Virus record (IMG/VR): IMGVR_UViG_3300037455_000462
Location: 1 to 64,000 of that record
Length of the DNA: 64,000 bases
Strand: one strand, 5' to 3'
DNA from: a virus
Taxonomy: Duplodnaviria > Caudoviricetes
Below, piece after piece: positions 19,499 to 28,574 of the stretch. Position 1 is the first letter of the stretch. The number at the start of each line of letters is the position of its first letter. The notes beneath the pieces were generated by a model. It had not been told where the DNA came from. It ran no database searches and saw nothing but the letters and a program-made list of their open reading frames with translations. The position numbers and the translations under genes were made by a program.

Positions 19499-19957
19499 TT
19501 AGAAAGGCAGTTCAAAATACAAGTCGATTATGTCGGACTTGTTCAAATTACATTCCTTCATAACACGCTCGATGTACTTGTCGATGACTGTTGAGAATTC
19601 GGGTCTGTTTCCGTACCTTTCGAGCGCGGCATAAAGAGTGGCTACGACCTTCGATTTTGTCATTTTCTTATCCGCCCTTTGCAAATGTTTTTTACGTTGC
19701 TCGGAAAACGGCAGTTTTTCCCAATCATCAAAACGCTCAAGCGTATGGGTGTACAGTTTGAAGAGATTTTTATCCAAGTCGATGCCTCTTGCATCAAAAT
19801 TATGCAGAAGCATATCAACGTTGGCGAGATTGTCTATCGGCAATTCCCCTTTGTTTATTTTCGGAATAATCTTGCCAATCTCACCAAGCCTATCCTTCGA
19901 AATAGGCTTTATGTTCAGTTTTTCGTTCACGAAATCTCTGTATTTCAATATTTTCAT
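19499..19957 (-). CDS. Leader-bearing hypothetical protein, paralog 2 of 3
   Basis: MKILKYRDFVNE-KLNIKPISKDRL (ATG 19957). Confidence 0.75.
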   Translation of the reverse strand: MKILKYRDFVNEKLNIKPISKDRLGEIGKIIPKINKGELPIDNLANVDMLLHNFDARGIDLDKNLFKLYTHTLERFDDWEKLPFSEQRKKHLQRADKKMTKSKVVATLYAALERYGNRPEFSTVIDKYIERVMKECNLNKSDIIDLYFELPF

Positions 19958-19971
19958 ACTATCGTAATATT

Positions 19972-20445
19972 CTATTGTTTTATAAAATAGATGTTGATTA
20001 TGTCTTTGTTGGATATGCCAAATTCCTTTTTGACACGATTGACGTAGCATTCGATTATGGGTGTGTATTCATCATCACCCAAATACAACTTGAAAGCAAG
20101 CCAAAGACACATAGCAACATCCAACTTCGGCATATCAATCTTGGAATATCTCTTGTGTTCCTCCAACTCGTTCTTGGTCGAGTAGTACTGCCAATTCAAA
20201 AACCTGCCCTTTATGAGAGAATACGCATTGTGCGCGATATGCTCGTTGCCGTGTATCAAAATGCCGCAAAACTGCTTATAACGAAGCCGAAGTGCGACAG
20301 AATGTTCGCATAGGGTGTTGCTGCTCAATCCACTGAACGCAAAAGGCTTCTTCAGCGAATCGGATTCCTTTTTGAGTCGCTCGTCCGACATAGGATGTAT
20401 GTCGAGTCTTTCGTTCACAAATTCGTCATAGTTGAGCAATCCCAT
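19972..20445 (-). CDS. Leader-bearing hypothetical protein, paralog 3 of 3
   Basis: MGLLNYDEFVNE-RLDIHPMSDERL (ATG 20445); late promoter at 20465. Confidence 0.75.
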   Translation of the reverse strand: MGLLNYDEFVNERLDIHPMSDERLKKESDSLKKPFAFSGLSSNTLCEHSVALRLRYKQFCGILIHGNEHIAHNAYSLIKGRFLNWQYYSTKNELEEHKRYSKIDMPKLDVAMCLWLAFKLYLGDDEYTPIIECYVNRVKKEFGISNKDIINIYFIKQ

Positions 20446-20518
20446 ATAATCACACATATTTCTATATTTATATTGTGACATATCGGATTTTTTTATTATA
20501 TTACATAAAAATAGGATT

Positions 20519-20962
20519 ATGGATTCATTAAACACACAAGCAATCACGCAGTTGTCAAAATCAAAAACCTATGTCGGAGCAAGTGTCGTTTTCCGATTCA
20601 CGCCGAACAGCCCGTATTCCAAATTCTCAAAACAGTACGGTGTGGATTTAAGAGTTCTGCTCGCCGAAAAAACCAAGCAAATCATACAGAAAGAATCGCA
20701 GAAAAACGTCACCACGCAATTGGACTACATTTGGTTCGATTCGGAGGCTGAACACTTGGACGCTTATCCTTCCCTTCTCGAAATAGGCGGGTATGCGATA
20801 ACTGACGGAATAACACCGAAAGAAGCATTGGCGTTAAGGTGGGCTTCGGGGGACATAGAAAAGGAATTGGAGAAACTGTTCCCGAATTGGGTCGCATTCA
20901 CAGCCAATATGTATTCCTTAACTGACGGCGAATTTTTGCAAATTGGAAATTGGAAGATATAA
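20519..20962 (+). CDS. Hypothetical protein
   Basis: 147 aa ORF behind middle-type motif. Confidence 0.55.
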   Translation: MDSLNTQAITQLSKSKTYVGASVVFRFTPNSPYSKFSKQYGVDLRVLLAEKTKQIIQKESQKNVTTQLDYIWFDSEAEHLDAYPSLLEIGGYAITDGITPKEALALRWASGDIEKELEKLFPNWVAFTANMYSLTDGEFLQIGNWKI

Positions 20963-21768
20963 TGCCGAAACTCATAATATCACCGATTACAAAAGAGCAT
21001 TTGGACAGAATGTCCAGCAGAACACCGATTGACGGCGAAGCGTTGGATTTCATAAGAGAATACAGCCTTGTTTTCAACCCGTCAACGTGTGCATACGATA
21101 CCGAAAAATATGTGTATATGACGGTTGACGAGCGTGTACTAAAACGCAACGGTGACGGATTCTCCATAAAGTTCGGGAAGATAGAAGGAACATTCGACTG
21201 TTCCGACAAAGGTCTTGTGTCGCTTAAAAACGCCCCGCTTGTAGTCACCGAAGGATTCCATTGCGAAAAGAACAAACTTAAAACGTTGGAGTTCTCGCCG
21301 AAAAAAGTGTACGGCACATTCACGTGTTACAACAACGGACTTGAATCCCTTTTAGGCGCACCGAAGAGAATCGGGAATCATTTTCATTGCGAATTCAACC
21401 ATCTGAAAACACTCGAACACGCCCCGAAGGTAGTATTGGGGGATTTCTCCTGCGTGCAGAACGAACTGATTTCACTCGAAGGCTCTCCGACCTATGTGAG
21501 CGGCGACTTCAGATGCGATTGGAACAAACTCAAATCGCTCAAATCGTCAACGGAAACCATCGGCGGCACTCTTTACTGCACAAGCAACGAATTGTCAAAT
21601 CTGCAACACACGCCGAACCACATAGGGCGAAACATTGTGTGCTACAAAAACCCTCTGACTTCGACAGAACTGCAAGGCACAACGCTCGGATACCTCGGAA
21701 GTGTCATCTCAAAAGAAAATGAATCGAAACCTCTGAATATTAAGTGGTCGGATTCGTTCATAATGTAA
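20962..21768 (+). CDS. LRR-like 22-residue repeat protein with partial leader
   Basis: About seven (F-x-C-x-x-N-x-L-x-S-L-x-G-x-P) repeats; starts MPKLIISPITKEHL. Confidence 0.75.
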   Translation: MPKLIISPITKEHLDRMSSRTPIDGEALDFIREYSLVFNPSTCAYDTEKYVYMTVDERVLKRNGDGFSIKFGKIEGTFDCSDKGLVSLKNAPLVVTEGFHCEKNKLKTLEFSPKKVYGTFTCYNNGLESLLGAPKRIGNHFHCEFNHLKTLEHAPKVVLGDFSCVQNELISLEGSPTYVSGDFRCDWNKLKSLKSSTETIGGTLYCTSNELSNLQHTPNHIGRNIVCYKNPLTSTELQGTTLGYLGSVISKENESKPLNIKWSDSFIM

Positions 21769-22660
21769 GCATATTGCCCAAACGCAGGTCGTCAGTGGCT
21801 CTTCTCCATTTTATGAACCCCGTGGCGGGCGTGAACGTCATCTCGCCGAGATACACAGTGCCGTCCACCTCGTAAAAATCCAATCTCACAAACCGAAAAT
21901 CAGCAGACAGCACGCTTGCATATTCTTTCATTTGGTTGAATTTACTCGGCTTTGCGTCAAGCATTTTCGAGTTGCTCGAATGGTCTAACCTCGAATAGTT
22001 CACGAACCGCCAAGTCATATCGTACCAATTAATGAAATAATGCTCGCTGCCGTTTTCCCCGATGTTCGAGTTTACGGTGCAGTAAATCGGTCTGCCGTTG
22101 AAACACCAAAATTTGTAGTCAAGCGGAGTACCGATGTGCCGCTCGGCAAAACATTTTCTTTCTATTGACAGATAGTGCGACTCAACGGTTTCCAAGCCAA
22201 ACGGAACTTCCAACCACGCTTTCAGTTTGTCCACACATTCGTCACGGTCTTTCTCATCCTTGTTTTCAACGACAATGTTCATATTCCAACCGTGATTGCA
22301 TTTCAGAACAAACTTCTGCGGCAGTTCCGAAAAATCCAAGTCATTCGGGCTGTCATAGACTTTCAGTATTGGAACGCATATATCCTTTCCGAGTTTTTCC
22401 TTACAGTAATCGTGTACCCTTATCTTGTCGGCACACAAAGACTTCAATGGGTTTTTGTCATCATTTATCTGCAACCACTGTATTTTCTCGCACCAAGTGC
22501 GCGGGTTGTCGATTTCGAACTTCTTATAACCTTTTATCGCGGCGCGTTCAAGCAAAGCCTGCTTCAGTCGCTCACGGTCGGTGAATGGATTTGTTGTATC
22601 CATAGTTTTTTGTATTTGGTTGATAATAGATTTGCTATTTGCTGATACGATATCCGTCAA
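21758..22660 (-). CDS. TupA-like ATP-grasp protein
   Basis: CADKIRVHDY, LPQKFVLKCNHG, DYKFWCFNG, FVRLDFY, YLGEMTFTPATG. Confidence 0.85.
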   Translation of the reverse strand: MTDIVSANSKSIINQIQKTMDTTNPFTDRERLKQALLERAAIKGYKKFEIDNPRTWCEKIQWLQINDDKNPLKSLCADKIRVHDYCKEKLGKDICVPILKVYDSPNDLDFSELPQKFVLKCNHGWNMNIVVENKDEKDRDECVDKLKAWLEVPFGLETVESHYLSIERKCFAERHIGTPLDYKFWCFNGRPIYCTVNSNIGENGSEHYFINWYDMTWRFVNYSRLDHSSNSKMLDAKPSKFNQMKEYASVLSADFRFVRLDFYEVDGTVYLGEMTFTPATGFIKWRRATDDLRLGNMLTL

Positions 22661-25600
22661 TTCCCATATCTGGCCACAACTCCTTGCACAATTTCTCCGT
22701 ATGGGTTATCTTGATTGCGTTGTAGAAATTCCTTTCTTTGTCGCGCATACCGTTTGACACGACACGCTTGTTGAGATTCCAAAGGGAATCGTTCTGCGAT
22801 TCGTTGAGTGTCGGGTACATTCTGCTGTTGAACGTGTTGACCGCGTTCACCTTGACACCGTGCTTGATGAAATGCGGTCTGTACCAACTCTCGTCACAAT
22901 TAAGCACATACTCGTTGCGCATATTCTCGTTCAAATATGCGTCAAACGGGAACACGAAAGGCGGGAAGCAGGAGCATCCTGCCATAAACATATTCTTGTG
23001 CGAAGGCTCTTCGTGCAGTTTCGTTTCGACAAATTTCAATCCGTGATAATCACAGCCTCGTGACGAATAGACCGTCAGACAGTCTTGGTGTTTCTTTGCC
23101 TCGTTGTAAATGTCCTCAATGAATGTTTCCTTGTAGAGAATATCATCGTCAAGAAGCACATTGTAGCAGTCGTTGAAATACTTGAAGCAATTGTAACGCT
23201 TATGACCCTTTGTGTTCTTTTCAACCCACATAATGTCTGTGAGCAGTTTTTCATCTATGCACTTGCGTATGGTTCTCGGAAGATTCTTGTCGTTGTATTC
23301 CTCCCTGCAAAGCCACAGCACGATTCTTTTCGGATAGAGCGTCTGCTTTTTCAGATTCTTGAGCATAGGGTAAAGACACCAATCGCGCTTGACCCAAGTC
23401 GTTATATTGACAACAATGTCTCTGTCAAGCAGGTTGTCATAGGTCTTTCCGTAAGTATTGAATATGTAGTCCCTAAACGCCTTGTGGCAGCGTTCAGTAT
23501 TGTCAATGCACGTTTCAGAGAAAGCGTGTCGTTTGTTTATGTCGCTCCTGCCTTGCAGAAACTCCATATTAAGACCATCCAAGCCGAATGTGTATTTCTT
23601 GCCGTTCAGCAAAGCGGCATAAGCGTACAGCAGGCTGTCGCTGCACAAACCGTCAATGTCCTCGGATATGACAACATTGTCATAGAGGTCTTCGAGATAA
23701 TCGCCGAAATATTCTTTCTTCACCAAAGAGAATGCGCCGCAATGCGAGTACAGACCGTTTTCCCATCGGCAGAGTTCGCCGCCACCCGTGACGGGTGCTG
23801 ACTTGCCGTTGTATATATAACGCTCGTACATTTTCTCTATGAAATTGTTCGGATATTCAATATCATCGTCAATGCTCAAAACCAAGTCATTCGGATAACG
23901 GTTGAGGGTGGGCAGGATGCGCTTGTGTGTTTTCGTGTTTTTTCTGACCCAATATATTTCAAATATATCGCCCTGCTTGTTCACGAGTTCCTTCGGCAGG
24001 TCTTTCTCGCCCTTCGGAAACTCATCGGAAGAAAGGTTAAGCACTATTTTGTACGGTTTCTTGGTCTGATTCAGCATCAAGTCAACGATATGTGCGCAGT
24101 TCCATATACGCTTGCGCCAAGAAGTGAACGACACGATTATCCTATCGTTGTCATACATCCACTCGGACGGCAAGTCTTGGTAGAGAAACACCTCCCTGCA
24201 CGATGTAGTCACCATTTCGTCAAGAATCGGTTTCGATTCGGAAACCGTGTCTATATAGTGCTTGTGTTCCGCACGCTTCTGTGACTTCATACCGAGGTCT
24301 TTCGACAATGTTAGTTTGTTGCTGTTGTCAACACGCAGGTTGTACAAAGACTTCTGAATGTTGTGTATCTTTATGACTTTGCGTAGCCTTGTGCGCAGTT
24401 CGGAGTCACCGCTCATACGCCAAGGCATATAGCCGCCGTATTTCAGCAAAACAGACTTCTTTATGCAGATGCTTCCCTCGGCGAAGCAATCCGTGTCAAC
24501 AACCGTGTCTTTGTCCGAAAATCTGTCCTGCCTATATTTTATCATATCCGCACCCTCTTTTTCCACGGCGAGCATAACCTCCGAAACCATATTCGGGTAC
24601 ATTCGGTCATCGCTGTCGAAACGCAATATCCAATCGTAAGCAGCCTCCTTCATTATGGTATTGCAAGTGATGTACGTTCCGACATTCTTGTCCATCATAA
24701 ACACTCGGAGATTCTTGTATTTGTACATAATGCCTTTCATTTTGGCGAGTGTCGTCTGACAGCCGTCAATTCCGACTATGATTTCCCAATTGTCGTTTGC
24801 CTTGAACCAATCCTGCGCGGCTATGGAATCCAAACATTCCTCAATGTATTTTTCCGTATGCCAAGCGGAAATGCAGATGCTGATGCCAAAAGTGTTTTCG
24901 GGCTTCTTGACCGTATTGCTCTTGCGCACGGCGTTGTAAGCAGCCTCGACTTTCTCGACCTGCGTGAACGAATGCTTGATTGCGGGATTGTTGACGCGCT
25001 TTGCCCCAGGGCAGATGGCACGTTCCTGCGGCGTGAAATAGTCCGCATTACCGACCGAGGGTCTCGGCTTCGGTTTCGGAGCGGGTGTCGGTGCGGCAAC
25101 GGTTTCTTGTACTTGTTTTGGCTGCTCTGTCGGTTTAACGGGCGCGGTGTTCTGTATATTCGGTTTCGACTTTATGGAAGGTGAAGTTACGGAAGATGTA
25201 GGATTCTTCTCACCCGAAAGCAACGCCTGGAAATAATTGTCGAAGTATTCCGACTTTTCATCGGTGAGTTCGTTGTATCTGAAATAGAATTCCTTGTTAA
25301 GCCTCGTTTTTGAACTTCCCTTGCCGCGCCTTTTGTACTTTATATCTATGAACTCGTCCAACGACTTCGTTACATAGTGTCGGACATAGCCGACATCGTG
25401 CCTAATGTTCGGGTCGGTTGTCTGCAACACATATCTTGCATCGCTGCCATCGGGGTATTTGATTCCCGTGATATAGTCGCAGTAGTGGACGTTCATCATC
25501 TTGAACTTGCTGATATTGGTTCGGTAAATCTGCTTATAGTATTTGTTCACGTCATTGTTGGAACAGAGTTCGGTGAATCTGTCCAACACGGGCGCGTCCT

Positions 25601-26003
25601 CATAATGCAGGTTGCCCGAATCCGAATAACAAAGCCAATGGAAACGGATGGCATTCGCCTTCCTGCACCAAGGCTGTTCCAAGAAATCCTTGATGTTGTC
25701 GTGGTCGTTCAGCGTAAGGAACTCGTCAATGTCGATGAACATTATCCAATCATAATCGACCGCGTATGTTCGGTAACATTCGTTGTATGCCTTGACCTGC
25801 GTTTCGCAGGACAATTGATGCCTGCCGCGATAGTTCACTATCGTCACACGGTCATCGTCAATCACCTCGGATATACGTTCACCGTCTATTTCGTTGTTGT
25901 CGTAAAGATAAATGTGGTCAAAGCCAAGGTTCAAATGGTAGTCAACCCATTCTTTGATGTAGAGATTCTCGCATTTAGCGATAGCGCATATACAAACATT
26001 CAT
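22635..26003 (-). CDS. Four-domain glycosyltransferase (GT92/GT2-like, GT2, and two further GT-A domains)
   Basis: DxD motifs FIDIDEF, RFDSDD, SIDDDIEYP, LLDDDILY; Pro-rich linker; late promoter at 26029. Confidence 0.8.
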   Translation of the reverse strand: MNVCICAIAKCENLYIKEWVDYHLNLGFDHIYLYDNNEIDGERISEVIDDDRVTIVNYRGRHQLSCETQVKAYNECYRTYAVDYDWIMFIDIDEFLTLNDHDNIKDFLEQPWCRKANAIRFHWLCYSDSGNLHYEDAPVLDRFTELCSNNDVNKYYKQIYRTNISKFKMMNVHYCDYITGIKYPDGSDARYVLQTTDPNIRHDVGYVRHYVTKSLDEFIDIKYKRRGKGSSKTRLNKEFYFRYNELTDEKSEYFDNYFQALLSGEKNPTSSVTSPSIKSKPNIQNTAPVKPTEQPKQVQETVAAPTPAPKPKPRPSVGNADYFTPQERAICPGAKRVNNPAIKHSFTQVEKVEAAYNAVRKSNTVKKPENTFGISICISAWHTEKYIEECLDSIAAQDWFKANDNWEIIVGIDGCQTTLAKMKGIMYKYKNLRVFMMDKNVGTYITCNTIMKEAAYDWILRFDSDDRMYPNMVSEVMLAVEKEGADMIKYRQDRFSDKDTVVDTDCFAEGSICIKKSVLLKYGGYMPWRMSGDSELRTRLRKVIKIHNIQKSLYNLRVDNSNKLTLSKDLGMKSQKRAEHKHYIDTVSESKPILDEMVTTSCREVFLYQDLPSEWMYDNDRIIVSFTSWRKRIWNCAHIVDLMLNQTKKPYKIVLNLSSDEFPKGEKDLPKELVNKQGDIFEIYWVRKNTKTHKRILPTLNRYPNDLVLSIDDDIEYPNNFIEKMYERYIYNGKSAPVTGGGELCRWENGLYSHCGAFSLVKKEYFGDYLEDLYDNVVISEDIDGLCSDSLLYAYAALLNGKKYTFGLDGLNMEFLQGRSDINKRHAFSETCIDNTERCHKAFRDYIFNTYGKTYDNLLDRDIVVNITTWVKRDWCLYPMLKNLKKQTLYPKRIVLWLCREEYNDKNLPRTIRKCIDEKLLTDIMWVEKNTKGHKRYNCFKYFNDCYNVLLDDDILYKETFIEDIYNEAKKHQDCLTVYSSRGCDYHGLKFVETKLHEEPSHKNMFMAGCSCFPPFVFPFDAYLNENMRNEYVLNCDESWYRPHFIKHGVKVNAVNTFNSRMYPTLNESQNDSLWNLNKRVVSNGMRDKERNFYNAIKITHTEKLCKELWPDMGIDGYRISK

Positions 26004-26118
26004 TGTCAAAGGTTTTTAAGTACGCAAATATTTATAAAGGCTCGATTTTATGGATTCAACAAAAACTCGGCAAAAACGAATGTTTTTTGTTGGGTCTATA
26101 AATAACAAAAACTAATAT

Positions 26119-26931
26119 ATGAATACTTGTATCTGTGCTATATTAAGAAACGAAAACGTTTATTTACAAGAATGGGTTGACCATCATTTGAACCTTGGAT
26201 TCGACCACATATATCTTTATGATAATAACGATATAAATGGAGAAAATCCAATGGATATAGTAAAAGACTATAAAAATGTGTATATTGACACAAGATTCAG
26301 AGGGATGGATGATATGTATCATCAACAAGACGCATATACTATTTTTTATAAAACGTATGGATTAAATTATGATTGGATTGCTTACATAGATATAGATGAA
26401 TACATACAATTAGAAAAATACAGCATTAAACAATTTTTATCACAAGACATTTTCACTGATTGTGATTGCATAAGATTAAGTTGGAAATGTTATACCGACA
26501 ATGACTTAATCATAGTTGAAAATAATAATTATTCAATAAAAAGATTCACCACACCAACAACATACCAAGCAACTTTATGTAAAAGTATAATTAGAGGAAA
26601 TCTCAATTACATCAATTCAATTTCAGCGCACGGAAGTGAAAACATAAAAAAACCTATGGATGCAAATGGTGATATTTGTGACAGTGGACACAAATGTCCT
26701 TTAAGATTTCTAAACGAAAATAAAAAATATGTTTGGACAAATGCTTGGATTAACCATTATAGATACAAAACCATACAAGAATTTATTGATAAAAAAATGG
26801 AACAATGGTGTAGTAGAAAAAATATCAAAGTTGATTGTATCAATTTAGAAGATTTTTTCAGAATAAATAAAAAAACAAAAGAAAAAATTGAATATATACA
26901 AAAACACATATTTGAAAATGAAAAACAATAA
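26119..26931 (+). CDS. GT92/GT2-like glycosyltransferase (AT-rich)
   Basis: CICAILRNENVYLQEWVDHHLNLGFDHIYLYDNN, YIDIDEY; paralog of domain 1 of the neighbour. Confidence 0.8.
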   Translation: MNTCICAILRNENVYLQEWVDHHLNLGFDHIYLYDNNDINGENPMDIVKDYKNVYIDTRFRGMDDMYHQQDAYTIFYKTYGLNYDWIAYIDIDEYIQLEKYSIKQFLSQDIFTDCDCIRLSWKCYTDNDLIIVENNNYSIKRFTTPTTYQATLCKSIIRGNLNYINSISAHGSENIKKPMDANGDICDSGHKCPLRFLNENKKYVWTNAWINHYRYKTIQEFIDKKMEQWCSRKNIKVDCINLEDFFRINKKTKEKIEYIQKHIFENEKQ

Positions 26932-28543
26932 ACTAAACGATTACTTTTTCGCATTTGATTCGGACTGCTTTGACGAAATCAAATCAAAAGTGTATGGCTA
27001 CACAATATGCAAAGAAAGCGGTAACATAAAAATATCAAACGGTACAAATGGCGTAATAGGGGGCTGTTACATAATGTTTGAACGCGAAAACGACACCGTT
27101 AAAATAAAGCAAGATGATTTATCTTCACAATACATATACTATTACAATGATGGTGGATATTGGGCTATTGGAAACTCATTTTACAACTTATGCAGTCTGC
27201 TGAAAAGCAAAGAAAAAAAACTAACTGTAAGAAACCTATACATAGACCAATATATTCATCAAAACCTACACGTGTACGCTTGCGGCAGAACAATGGTTGA
27301 TGAGGTTTATGTGTTAAGTCCTTTTTCCGAAATTCTCTTAACACGAAACAGTTTCACCATAATAGAAAAAGACGCTGAATTTGACACCATTGATTTGGAA
27401 AGCGAGGAAGGTATGGCTATTATTGATAGGTGGATTGACAAATGGTGTTCCATAATGAAGGCTATATACGATAGCGGAACTAACATACAAATTGACTTGT
27501 CGGGTGGATTCGACAGCCGAACCATTTTTTCACTTGCAAATCACGCAGGGATAAACTTCAGTGCCGAAACAGTGAACGTATATTCTAAAATCGGAAACAC
27601 AAAAGGTATGATTGACCACTTGGACAATGACTATGAGATAGCAGAAGAAATATCGGAAAGGCTCAACTTTATGCTCAATCTGCATAATGATATGTTCAAA
27701 TCAAACAAGGCGAGCAACAAAGGGGATACCCAATACGAAATATTAAGAAATCTGTTTATGTTCACGCACAAGGAAGGTTATCTCTGTACGGGTGTACGAT
27801 ATACACCTATGGTTCATTTTGGAGGCATAAACGGTGAACTCATAAGAAGAAAACTTGGTGGATTCACAAATTACAGAAGCCGCTGTTTCAACGACCCGTT
27901 CAGACAATCACAAAATGTTATAGACGCATTCATATCCGACTTGGAAAAAATTGAAAAAAAATCAAAAACACGGTTTGAGCGTGATGCTAAATTCTATCTC
28001 GAAACACAAAACAAATCGCATTACGGAGCGTGCATATACAACGACTTACTTGCAAACATTTTCCTAATATCACCATTCAACGACAGAAGCCTGCTTAAAC
28101 TGAAAATAAGAGATGGCATTGACCCGAATATAATATTTGCCATAATCATATACAAAACAGCACCGCAAATTTTTGACATAGATTTTTCAAGTAACAGAAA
28201 ATTCGATGACAATGTAAAGAAACTTACTATTGAACTGTGCAAAAAATACCCAAAGCGCAAAATGGTATATGACTATTCGTGTGAATTTGACTACAATATA
28301 GTCAAACCAATTGACAACGGAAATGACGGAAAGAACGGCGAACACGTGATGTATGAAATTTTTTCCGAAAACAAAAAGCGATTTGTAAACTACATAAGCA
28401 AAGTTTGGGGAGAAAAATACGCCGACAACATATACGAATACGCGAATAAATTCTATCTGAATAAAGACAATTTCTATCCAAACAAATGGGTGACAACCCT
28501 TACATCGGTAATCGAACTGTTGAAACTACTTGAATATGAATAA
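26918..28543 (+). CDS. Asparagine-synthetase-like amide ligase
   Basis: PP-loop DLSGGFDSR, GGINGELIR, SPFND; start probably MKNNKL. Confidence 0.65.
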   Translation: MKNNKLNDYFFAFDSDCFDEIKSKVYGYTICKESGNIKISNGTNGVIGGCYIMFERENDTVKIKQDDLSSQYIYYYNDGGYWAIGNSFYNLCSLLKSKEKKLTVRNLYIDQYIHQNLHVYACGRTMVDEVYVLSPFSEILLTRNSFTIIEKDAEFDTIDLESEEGMAIIDRWIDKWCSIMKAIYDSGTNIQIDLSGGFDSRTIFSLANHAGINFSAETVNVYSKIGNTKGMIDHLDNDYEIAEEISERLNFMLNLHNDMFKSNKASNKGDTQYEILRNLFMFTHKEGYLCTGVRYTPMVHFGGINGELIRRKLGGFTNYRSRCFNDPFRQSQNVIDAFISDLEKIEKKSKTRFERDAKFYLETQNKSHYGACIYNDLLANIFLISPFNDRSLLKLKIRDGIDPNIIFAIIIYKTAPQIFDIDFSSNRKFDDNVKKLTIELCKKYPKRKMVYDYSCEFDYNIVKPIDNGNDGKNGEHVMYEIFSENKKRFVNYISKVWGEKYADNIYEYANKFYLNKDNFYPNKWVTTLTSVIELLKLLEYE

Positions 28544-28545
28544 TA

Positions 28546-28574
28546 GAAAGGCGAAGCAAATGCTTCGCCTTTTC
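28546..28574. terminator. Bidirectional terminator
   Basis: GAAAGGCGAAGCA / TGCTTCGCCTTTTC. Confidence 0.8.

Noticed and set aside
18999-20445. Diversity-generating retroelement behind the paralogs and leader repeats
   Set aside because: No reverse transcriptase and no near-identical template/variable repeat pair with adenine-specific differences.
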